A stretch of 63,006 bases of DNA, the filler included, from Intoshia linei (taxonomy: Eukaryota; Animalia; Orthonectida): assembly GCA_001642005.1 (NCBI GenBank). It is 5 parts of 5 records of this genome, joined end to end, with 100 filler letters (N's around TTAATTAATTAA, not from the genome) between each part and the next. Parts side by side here need not be neighbours in the genome. Positions count along the whole stretch, not along the records: positions 39,961 to 56,115 come from LWCA01000877.1; positions 56,216 to 61,248 come from LWCA01001829.1; positions 61,349 to 63,006 come from LWCA01002535.1; 2 more parts are not named here. The stretch is one strand, 5' to 3'. A program made the position numbers and the translations under genes. Positions 52,801 through 63,006 of the stretch are shown in pieces. Each line of letters opens with the position of its first letter. The stretch's first letter is position 1. The notes beneath the pieces are model-generated. The model ran no database searches. It was given only the letters and a program-made list of their open reading frames with translations, and was not told the DNA's origin.

Positions 52801-55800
52801 AATTTTATTATCCTTTTAGGTGTGTTTAATTATATGATTACGTCAAATTTTTATTTTTTCATATCGGTTACGGCCATTTGAAAAATTTCAAGCTATTATT
52901 ATGTTTGGATAAGGGTAGAATGGGTTTGAGTTTTTTTTGTTATCTAGTAAAAACTGTTTCATTTTAATTTGAAACAATCTTCAGACTTTTTTTAGATAAT
53001 GTTGTTAATAACACTGTACAACATTTTCAGAAAAATTTTAAAAGAGCAGAATGAAATTTAGTTTATGGTATAGAATCTATTGTCAGGATTCGAATAATGT
53101 TTGTGATTCTATCTGATTAGATCATAATCTTGAGATATTTCATTTTTAAAGTGTATATTAGGGTGATTCACAAATTTGAATCTCTATTTGATGTAAGAAA
53201 AATTAGACTTGTTTGGACTTGTTAAAAATTAGGTTGACTGTTATGTACTACGTACAAACATCACCTAGATCTGCTGAGGGCACATTATTATTCTACCAAA
53301 AAAAATAAATTAATGTTGAAAATCTAACTTAAAAATCATATTATTCACTATTATCAATCCTTTAAAGGAGTAGTTCCCAAAATTATTTCAGGTGAAACCA
53401 TCATATCGCATTACTTTTTACTTTAAAGTGAATTATTTCGTCTTAATTTTTATTGTTAACGTTTGCGTAAAGAATTTTAAAAATAATTGTTATCCCATTT
53501 TTTTAATTTATTAAACAGAATGTGTTTATAATATTAAAAATATAGTAAAAACAGTCTAATCCTAAAAATTGTCATAAATATCATAAATTCCAGAAAAAAT
53601 ATAATTATAAAAACCTATTTTGTTATTTTCAATGTGATAATATATATTCAGTACCAATTTAATAAATACTTAAAAATACCAATTATGTATCAATAATTAA
53701 TATAATCTTCACTTTATAAACACCTTTCGGGTGAATTTTACCAATATTGCAAAGAATTTAATAAATACACAAATGATAATAATAAAATTGTCTTACATTT
53801 ACTAATCGTTGTTGTAGTTTTAATTTAAATTTTAAACAAAATTTTTGGAAATGATAATTTGACATTGAAAAATTGCAAACAAATAGATAGTAATAAAAAT
53901 ACCAAAGGAATGAATTATATAGATTTTCACCCATTCTTTATTGGAAATATGTAGACGTTCAATGAAAACTTTTTTTGAAATTGTAGGAGCAATATTTACA
54001 TTTTCAATCTTTATTTTAATCAAAACATTTGAAAAATATTGGTTGATGATATATTAAAAATTATTTTTTACCGGGAATGCGTAGATTTCTGGGGTTGAAT
54101 TTTTGTATTTATATCAACTGGAATAATCAGAATATTTTATTTTTTATTTTCTTACCGTGAATTATTTCACATATATGAATACTAAAATACTTTTGTGACC
54201 GTGAAGGCGTCATTTATTCAACGTGATTTAAAACTTAAATACATAAAATAGTAATTAATTTTTAGAATGGTTTTAAAACTTTTAGTTTTATATTTTTAAT
54301 TAATGGTGAGTTGTGGAAAGAATACTGTATTTAAAAAATTTATATTTTACAGTATCATAACGGACAATCCAAGCGTGTGGAGATTATAGATTACATTAGA
54401 TTATAGATAGTATAGATTATTTTTGATTTAAGAGGGGGCACGAGCAGGGTAGGTTCAGATCTGAGTCCAATTCTCCATAAATGTATTCATATCTATTTTT
54501 AGAAAACTTGTTGGGAGTAATCCAATATATAACAATCGATGTACTCATCAATTGCCTCATGGATCTAAGGGTTTAGCACTTCGAGCAATGGTTATTTTTT
54601 AAATTGTATATAAGTGGGTAAAAGTTGCGTTAGTCAGTTTTGCATAAGGTAAATTTATAAAATTATGAATTATATATGATTCACATACAATTTTTATTTA
54701 CAGTTTCAATATCAAATTTTAAATGAGAAATATTAAATGGAATCATGACATTATAAATGTTTAAGCTTTCCAAAGAAAAGATAAAATTTATTATTAATGG
54801 TTGATATTGATGAGTATTAGATAATTTTTAAATATCAGGAGCGATATTTGTTAAGCATAATCTTAATTCACCCCATTTTGATAAATGTAGTTTGTTCCTC
54901 TTTTTTGATTGAAGATCAGTTACTACACTAAAACCTTTCTCAACAAGGTAAGTAGATGGAAAGGCCAATAGTAACATTAAGATTCCAATAGATAATAGTA
55001 ACATTCCAAAGATGAATATAAACCCCATATTGCCCCAAAATTTTTTTCGCCCCATTTGATCATAAAAACGCCAAAAGGGGGCGCTATCGCCCAGGTTAAA
55101 AATCACTGTACTAGATTGACTGTTATATAAGGTGTGTCCTAAAACACTTTTTTTGAACAATGCAAAAGTAGCCAACGAGGAAAGATGAAACTTTTTATTG
55201 CGAACAAGATGATGTGCTTGAAATTGTCTAACTCTTAAAAAAACCCTTGACTTTTTGCATTTTAATTTTGATAATTGCAATTTTATATTATGCCATGGTT
55301 ATCACATTTTATCAGAAATCCTTTTCAATAAAACCCTATTTTACCCAAAAATTCATAAAAAACAGAATTTATAGGATAGAGGGTTTCTTGGTGTTTTTTT
55401 CTAACAATTATGACATTTCAGGTACATGATCTTGTTCGCAAAAATTTTTATTATATTTGTATTTGGTTACTTTTTGGTTTTTAGTTAATATAACTAATTA
55501 GCAGTGAAAATAAGATTAATTAATTTTATAAAAAATTAAAATTTTTTTTTTTAATTTTAAAGTTTATACGCGATTCATTAAATTTGTAGGACTCTGAAGT
55601 TTGAAATTGATCTATACTGAATGGGGATTTGAGGATTTAATAAATATAGATAATTTAAAACTATAGAACCAGCAGATAAAACTTTTAAATTAAAAGTTAA
55701 AGTGCAATAAAATGTAAAAATTAAAATTTAATACAAAATAATTAAAATCTAGTTCATTAAGTGTGTGTGTTTATTTATTCACTTAATTTAAATAACTACT

Positions 55801-55975
55801 GTTTTGGAGTACTTTCATCTTACTACATGTAAGGAATATTCCATGCTATTTAGTAGTTATGTAACCTTATATATCTATTGTAATATAGAGGCGGGATGTT
55901 GCAGATGGTGCTGATGTATTAATGGTTAAACCGTCAACAATTTATTGTGATATAATTAGTGCTGGAAAATTTCAA
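49861..55975 (+). CDS. ALAD: Delta-aminolevulinic acid dehydratase (porphobilinogen synthase), 3' end lost at gap
   Basis: Phase-consistent exons 49861-49967, 50524-50671, 51190-51322, 52223-52306, 52678-52819, 54503-54590, 55889-55975. Motifs LIYPVFV, DVCLCHYTDSGSCG, VAPSCMMDG, MAYSAKF..FYYPFR, GADVLMVKP. Confidence 0.95.
51675..52085 (+). mobile_element. Helitron-like 3'-region fragment in ALAD intron 3
   Basis: Shares the gaaacaa.tttgggaacca block with 3660, 42185 and 47610; inverted copy at 53305-53705. Confidence 0.7.
52401..52479. mobile_element. Tiny Tc1/pogo-type MITE
   Basis: TA-CAGTATAACCT...AGGTTATACTG with an internal ccgttattcgcc / ggcgaataacgg inverted pair. Confidence 0.7.
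53229..54225 (-). mobile_element. Helitron-like copy (minus strand) in ALAD intron 5
   Basis: The reverse complement ends tgtttgtacgtagtacataacagtcaacCTAA|T; the internal part matches 12340-12590. Confidence 0.7.
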
Positions 55976-56115
55976 GTATGCATTTTTTAATATTATTGTA
56001 CATTAGGCTGTTAACCTAGTTAACTAGAAAAAAGTATTTTTGCCATATGAGTTCATTTTGAATTCTCTAAAGTATGTAAAATTTCAGACTCCAATTATTG
56101 ACGTAACCATCGCGC

Positions 56116-56215
56116 NNNNNNNNNNNNNNNNNNNNNNNNNNNNNNNNNNNNNNNNNNNNTTAATTAATTAANNNNNNNNNNNNNNNNNNNNNNNNNNNNN
56201 NNNNNNNNNNNNNNN
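56116..56215. other. Assembly gap with linker
   Basis: N-run + TTAATTAATTAA + N-run. Confidence 0.95.
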
Positions 56216-57130
56216 TTCATATTCCATTATTATTTCTTTTTTCTCTTGAATTGTTAAATTTGATCTTTTGACTTTTGACTTAAATTTGTGTTGTGACATT
56301 TTCATATAAATTTAACTTAACTTTATCTCAATATTAAAAATAATACAATGATATATCGATATGGTAATCTACAAAAACGCCACACATTTATAATTACGTA
56401 CTTATGAAATACTTATCAACAAAATATAACACTTCAAACTTGAGACTGTTAGTGTTTATTAGTCAATTATAATTATAATAAATGTTCATTTCAACATTTA
56501 AATTAAAATATAAAGTTTAAAAAATCAACAAATTGATCACTATAACCGAATTTTTGATCACTATAAGAGGATTAAATTCCATACATTTTGATCAAAATGT
56601 ACGGGATTCTTAATTTTGATCATTATAAGCGGCTGATCACTATATCCGTGATCAATAGCGGATTCTACTGTATTACTTTACAAAAAATTTCTTAACCAGC
56701 CCATTTTCTGTTTATTTTATAACACTAATTCACAAACATTGAACTCAAACCGAACTTACCATCCTTGATGCATGAAAATTAAAAATTGGCATTCAAATTC
56801 GCTGACGATGTATAGTTACATTCATCACCTAGGTACTTCTCCAGGGATCTGTACCTAACAATTTAAATTTGACAAATCTAAGAGTTATATTATGACGTTG
56901 AAAAATATAATTTTTTTAATTCTCCATTTTACAAAAATTACATTAATGACCTCGGGGAATACCCTCGAAAGGTATAAAAGCATATAATTCACATTTTTTT
57001 TAAATAATTTCAAATTAAATTGTGTTTGATAACGTTATTGGGCGTAAACAAAAATATATGTTGCGTTCGCAGTTTGAATCATCCTAGTGTAATTGAAAAG
57101 TGATATTAAATTATATTCTTTTATATTTAG

Positions 57131-57251
57131 ACAATCCACCAATGCAATACAGTTGAGATATCTACAAACATTAAAAACTATAGCAGAAGAAAAAAATTCA
57201 ACAATAGTTTTTCCTGTTCCAATTGATCTTATATCAAAATTTCTTCAATAA
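57131..57251 (+). CDS. Terminal exon of a stomatin/band-7 (SPFH) protein
   Basis: After tttag: [39 protein letters not shown], the stomatin C-terminal signature. Confidence 0.9.
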
Positions 57252-57908
57252 ATTTTAATCGTACAGTCGAATCTCTCTATACCAGAGTTTCTTAACAGAA
57301 GTGCTAGAAAAATCATTTTTATTTTTTAAATTTGATAAAAAAATGAAATTACACAGTAAAAAACGTGTAATTATATTTACAAATTAAAAATAATTAATTT
57401 TGTACTTTTTCGATCAAATAAAGCTTTTATGTTCATTTTTATTAATTATTGATGATATTGATTATGTTTTATATTAATAAAGTGATTTATATTTTATTTC
57501 TATTTATTGTGAATTTTAGTTTTTTATAACATTAACTATTTACGACATGGCCGTTTTGAATTTGAAATAAAAAAATGATATTTTTTTTTCGATTTAAATT
57601 TTAATTAAAGTGTTTTTGTAAATGTCTGGTGGTAACCGAAACAAAACCTTACACGGAACACTGACAACGTAGAAAAATATTTTTTAGCTTGTGACGTACA
57701 AATAAATAAATGATAAATTTATTGTTGATAGACTAAAAATCAATCTTAATAATTAAATTTTATTATATTTACAATTGAACAAGACAATAATAATATTTAA
57801 CGTGGGAATATGCAAATATGAAAAAATATGTTTCAACGTTTACAATTGATATATTGATTTAAAAATTATAAATAAAATGACAATTAATAAATAAATTTCA
57901 TAACCAAC

Positions 57909-59023
57909 ATGGAAATTGGAAAATGGTTCTCTAAGCACCCTTTAAAGATTACATTTTCGATTATAGCGATGATATCATTGATACTAATTTTAAAATACAA
58001 AAATATGTTATCATTGTATAAAAACGCTGTATATCAAAAAAAGTCTAGCAAAATGAACGACAATGTTGATTTAGGAATTTTATACGACATTGCTCCAAAA
58101 AGTTTAGGTGAACTATCAAAAAGAATTCCAGATGCAATTATTGCCGGTTTTGCGAAATGTGGGACGGGTACCATGCACTATTTTCTTGAACAACATCCCG
58201 AGATATCTATTGCTGAAGGAGAAGTGCATTATTACAATTACAATTTTTTGTATAATAAAGGTATCGATTGGTACCAGTAATAATTTTAATGTGAATAAAA
58301 CCTAAACGTACATTTAGAGATCGGATGAATGTAGCATATAAATCTCAATTGGTTCTTGAAACTACAGCAGCATACACAATAAATAATGCCACACCAGAAA
58401 GGATTTTTAATGTTAACCCAAAAACTAAATTTATTATCTTGATGCGCAATCCTGTCCATCGAGCTATATCTCATTATAAAATGATGAATTTTATGGATTT
58501 GTACGTAAAAAATATCAACAATGCAGATACATTTTTTGATAAAAATGTCAATTTATCATCATACACTCCTTATAATCAACGCTTTTATACTGATGGTTTG
58601 TACATTAATCACTTAAGTAATGTTTTACATTATTTTAATCGATCTCAAATCTTACTCATAAATAGTGAAAATTTTGTTAAATATCCTTGGAAAACTCTTA
58701 AAAGGGTGGAGAATTTTTTAAAAATCAAACCCTACTTTAACAAAAATAAATTTGTTTTTAGTGCTCCAAAAAGATTTTACTGCATTTGTAAAAATTCGTA
58801 TACTTATTTCAAAAAAGATTTACGAAAAGTTACCTGTGACAATCCCATGATTCAAGAAGAAGTATCATGCATGAGTTCACGTAAAGGATTTCGTAAAATT
58901 GTTATTAATTCTACTACCATCAATAATTTGTACAAGTATTATGCTAAAACAAACTTACAATTAGAAAGTGAGTGGAATTTTAAATTTAATTGGACCAAGG
59001 ATGATAATAAAAGATTTTATTAA
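57909..59023 (+). CDS. HS3ST: Heparan sulfate glucosamine 3-O-sulfotransferase-like, type II membrane protein (2 exons, about 357 aa)
   Basis: N-terminal TM. KRIPDAIIAGFAKCGT (5'PSB), EVHYY, GIDWY. A 41-nt GT-AG intron at 58277-58317 joins the two ORFs in frame. LMRNPVHRAISHY (3'PB) and C-terminal FYC...CM...KG. Confidence 0.88.
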
Positions 59024-59067
59024 GTAGCTAAAATACATTTTAATATTACAGTTTTTAAATTTTTTAA

Positions 59068-59245
59068 TCCTTACTTACATAATATGCTACACAATATTTG
59101 TCTGTGTGTGTTCCCGTTTATTTCAATAACTACCAGTCTTAAAATTTTATAAAGTCCACATTTAAATTACAGTTTTTTCTGGGGGTGTTAGCAAAATAAA
59201 TTTCAACCTCCCAAACTCACATCTTACGGGTCAAAAATCCCAATT
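59068..59245 (+). mobile_element. Helitron-like 5' end fragment
   Basis: A|TCCTTACTTACATAATATGCTACAC plus the shared 5' block. Confidence 0.75.
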
Positions 59246-59473
59246 GTACTTGTAATTGTACCAAAATATACTTGACTGTTACGTACTTCGTACAAACAGT
59301 ATTTATTCGACAAAGTTTTTTTCCATACCACTATAACTAGTGTTCAAAACCGGTTTTTTTTCATTTCAGAAAAAAATCCGGTTTGTCTTATCATAACCGG
59401 TTTATTATATTCTTATTATCATTCAAATCGTAAGCGTAAGCAAAGGCGAAAAATACAATTAATATTTGGTTTA

Positions 59474-60088
59474 TTAGTAATAAACAATAATAAATAATAG
59501 ATCTGACCATTCCCCTAATTCATCCGGTTTTACAAAGTGTTCATCCATAATTAGCAGACTAGTGCTATTTATAACTCTACCAGTGAGTCTTTCCAAGTCT
59601 TTGTTTATAACAAGATTCCACATATCTAACGTCTTTTTTACATCATCATTGTTCAAAACCAAACTCAACGTTTTTTTAAATTCAGAAACTCTTTATTTGG
59701 GTTTTAACTTCATATGGTCATCCAGTGTTTTCACTAAATTGACATCGGAACGCATCTGACGTTTAAATCCAGTCATTGTTGAAAATTCTGGTAAAAAATC
59801 AAGTTTATGGGTAACTCCCGAATTCCTAACAGCTTTTGAAAATTTTACAATAATTAATGGTTGTCGCTTATCATTAACTCTTAATTCAAATACTTCCTTA
59901 TAGTAGTCTGAATATGTTCTGGCGTCATCTCTGCCGATTCTATTAAGATTTATCTTCAAAATTAATTTCGTTTACAACTGCAGTCTTTTTGTTGTGGAGT
60001 TTAACAACAGTGACGCCTTTCATAATGCTTCAAAACCGGGTTTGTCTCCTCTAAATAACTTCCAGGCATCTTCCGGAGGAAAACTTAC
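59474..60088 (-). pseudogene. Piwi-clade Argonaute fragment (PAZ plus L2 linker), disrupted
   Basis: MKGVTVVKLHNKKTAVVNEINF / TYSDYYKEVFELRVNDKRQPLII...FLPEFSTMTGF..QMRSD..VKTLDDHMKLKPK*R...LDMWNL...LTGRVI. Frameshifted upstream of 59960, with an in-frame stop at 59693-59695. Confidence 0.8.
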
Positions 60089-60284
60089 AAGAATTAATTA
60101 GTGCATGCATCCAAAAAAATTATGCCTGGACGCAAAATTTCAAAAGACCGGTTATTTAATTCAATGTTTTTAAAACTATTGAGTCGCCAAAAACCCAAAA
60201 ATGTAGTTTTATTTTTGTATTGTTTTCGCGGCAAATAGAGTTTTAAAAATTTTTTGCTTTTTTATTTACTATTAATTTACATTT

Positions 60285-60692
60285 ATGCCTTGTGCAAACA
60301 TTGATTCCAGATTAGTTCAATAATGAACAATGAAATTAGTCGTTTTAGGCAAATCGAAAAAACCTCGGCCTTTTAAAAATAAAATGATACCCGTTGCTTA
60401 TTATAATTTTACTGAAAGATGGATAAATAGAAATGTATTCAAACAATGGTAGTCACAATAATACTTTGTTATATTTTTTTTAGGTTTCATGAAGAATACG
60501 TTCCTTCCGTTCGTAAATTTTCAATAATAAAAGGCATTGAGCCAAAAGCATTATTATGATTAGACAATCCACCGGCCCATAATCAATTGGAGCATTTAAT
60601 TTCCGACGATTGTCTTTATCAGTTATATTTCTGCCACCCAATTGTACTTCGATTCTTCAACCCATCTACCAACTTGTTATAAATTCGATTTA
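60285..60692 (+). mobile_element. pogo/Tigger transposase remnant containing a 35-nt intron
   Basis: LCAN..KLVVLGKSKKPRPFK..W...FKQW|FHEEYVPSVR..KALL*LDNPPAH..LPPNCTSILQP. Confidence 0.85.
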
Positions 60693-60761
60693 ACTCAAAT
60701 ATTAATAAATTAATAGATAGATAAGATAAGATAAGATAGAAAGATAACGCAATTTTCACTG

Positions 60762-61248
60762 TTGCGTCAACATTATATGACTCCACAATCTAAAAAAGTT
60801 CAACGATGGTGCAAAAAGGATAAAATCAGACGATGGCTTCCAATTCCAAATTGTGTATATTTTTATAACCAACATATTGGAGGTACTGATAGAATAGGAA
60901 TACGTGGTAAGAAGTGGTGGTGGTGTATATTCACATGGATGCTGGATGTTGCTTTGAATAATGCATGGGTATTATGTAAAGAGAGTGGAATCAATATTAC
61001 CAATCTGCATTTTAGACAGATAATAGCTATGTACTATTTAGAAAAATATGGTCTACCCCTAAAAAATAAGCGGAAAAGGTATAATTGCAATTTTTCTGAA
61101 TTGAGATATGATGATACGTCTCATTTGGTTAGGAATGTTTCACGCAATACAAGAAGAAGATGTGTAATGCTAGGATGTAGTGTTGGTCGCACTAAATGTT
61201 CAAAATGTGACGTAGGTTTATGTGTAGCATGTTTCATACCATACCAAA
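60762..61248 (+). mobile_element. piggyBac (PGBD2/3-like) transposase C-terminal fragment
   Basis: YNQHIGGTD..RIGIRGKKWWW..LDVALNNAW, LRYD..H and a C-terminal cysteine-rich RRRC...CSKCDVGLC..CF. The segment after GGTD appears deleted. Confidence 0.9.
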
Positions 61249-61348
61249 NNNNNNNNNNNNNNNNNNNNNNNNNNNNNNNNNNNNNNNNNNNNTTAATTAA
61301 TTAANNNNNNNNNNNNNNNNNNNNNNNNNNNNNNNNNNNNNNNNNNNN
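61249..61348. other. Assembly gap with linker
   Basis: N-run + TTAATTAATTAA + N-run. Confidence 0.95.
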
Positions 61349-62687
61349 CAATGATATCTATCTAGCCACGTTCGATTACTTCAATTTTAGTTTATTTAAA
61401 GTTATATTTAAAGTCAAAATGACATCTATCATTAAAAAAAAATATTTTTGGCTTAAAATTGTCTTAAATTAGAATATATCATATCAGTGTAATTTTGTTT
61501 TTACCTTATATTATTCGATACTAATTTAAACCAATAAACTATAATTTTATAAATTTTAACTAGTATAAACTAATTTAACTGTTGACAATATATTAATTAA
61601 CATTATAACAATTATAAAATTAACATGTAAATTAAATTATTTGTCATCGGGAATGCGTAGATTCATGGGGTTAAAATTTTATATTTATATCAATTGGAAT
61701 AAGATACATCAGAGTAATTTTTTTTTAATTATAGGACGGTTAATTATTTTAAATTTTTTGTTTTACATAATTGTTAATAAAATAGTTTCAAATTAAAAAA
61801 AATGAATACTAAAGATCTTTTTTGAGGTTACCATTTATGATAATGTTATCATTGTATTATATGTTATTATTAAAATTGTTATAAGAATATAGAATTTGTA
61901 AAACTCGACTCCCCATACTTTCTTAAATAAACTGGAACAAATAAAAAAACAAATAAACAGACATACATTTTTAACCATTTTACTTAATATACTATGTAAG
62001 TAAGGATACGGATTTTAACATAATTTTAAAAATCTGATAGAAAATGGTGAAATAACTGATGAGATTGGAAATGAATTGATTTCTCTGGACCAATTAAAAA
62101 ATTTGTATTATATAATGATGCATTTATGGATATCAGTGGATTTTTGAAAATGGAATTTGAATTATTTTTTCATCGAGTGATGGGTTACATTGTTGATCAT
62201 AGTAGAAGTCCTTCTCTTAAGATTAGATGAATCGACCCTTTAGTATTAATTTTATTTTGACTGAAAATTGCGATTATAATGCGATTAATATCAAAATTAT
62301 TTAACCTAAGCAGTGTTCAGTAGGTCCGAAAAACAGGTATTTGATACCACTATCAATACTCTCAATGTAGCAAAGATAGAAATGACACGACTAAGGAAAT
62401 GTGTAACATGACAGGAAAAGAGAGTCTAAAAACAGTGAATCTGTAAACTTTGTAATATTGACTTGTTTTGAATTGTACTGATATGTACAATTTGGTTTAC
62501 AAATTATATTTATTATGATAACAGAGATGTCAACAGTCAAATTTTGTAATAATTAACTTCATCAAGGTTTCAATACTTTTATCCATATTCACAATGTGGA
62601 CTTCGCATTAATAATATATTAAATAGAATGCAGAAATTTTCATGCAAGATGGAAACCGAGTGGCTACAATGCTAGTTTATGTAAATA

Positions 62688-62948
62688 TTAATAATGCATA
62701 CAATGACTACAGATTTTTCGGTTCAAATTAAAAAAATTTAATCTATTAGGTCGTTTCATAAGTAATGTCGTTTTTTTTAACAAAATTTCATTTGAAGTGT
62801 ATTTTTTACCATAGTAATGGTTACTCATAGCTTTAAATAGGTAATAATCAGATGGTGCTAAGCCTGATGAATACGGTGGATGTGGTAATACTTCAAATTT
62901 TAACTCCTTAGAAGATAAGATGTTTTTTAGAAGTGTGAGGTCTAGCAT
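62688..62948 (-). mobile_element. mariner transposase remnant
   Basis: FEVLPHPPYSSGLAPSDYYLF, a degenerate YSPDLAPSD motif. Confidence 0.88.
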
Positions 62949-63006
62949 TGTCTTGTAGAATAATATTGCCTTTACAAAACTTTAGTGGTCTTTTCAGGTA
63001 AATATT

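Noticed and set aside
54828-55280. 150-aa antisense ORF nested in an ALAD intron
   Set aside because: Non-ATG start and no recognisable motif; the region looks like non-coding TE-derived sequence.
48058-59695. Stop-codon reassignment suggested by in-frame stops in the RRM and Piwi fragments
   Set aside because: Intact genes read cleanly in the standard code and end in TAA; the Piwi fragment also has frameshifts.

Overview
Very AT-rich eukaryotic (metazoan) genomic DNA. It has GT-AG spliceosomal introns that are either tiny (about 30-45 nt) or long and filled with transposons. The style suggests a reduced invertebrate such as an orthonectid, but that is only a guess. The window is five contigs joined by artificial N-padded TTAATTAATTAA linkers, so several genes are truncated. 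Recognisable genes: a single-pass coiled-coil EVC2/limbin-like gene (-), a DOCK1-5 class GEF (-, DHR-2 missing at a gap), the WD40 half of ATG16L1 (+), an orphan intronless multipass membrane ORF (+), a solitary histone H2B lacking the 3' stem-loop (-), ALAD/porphobilinogen synthase (+, 3' truncated), a stomatin terminal exon (+) and a heparan sulfate 3-O-sulfotransferase-like gene (+). Decayed genes include a Piwi PAZ-linker fragment, an RRM pseudogene and a possible MAU2-like gene. Mobile DNA is abundant: a non-autonomous Helitron-like family, hAT/Buster elements and MITEs with 8-bp TSDs, and pogo/Tigger, Tc1, mariner, piggyBac and integrase remnants. All protein identities come from recalled motif similarity, not database searches.
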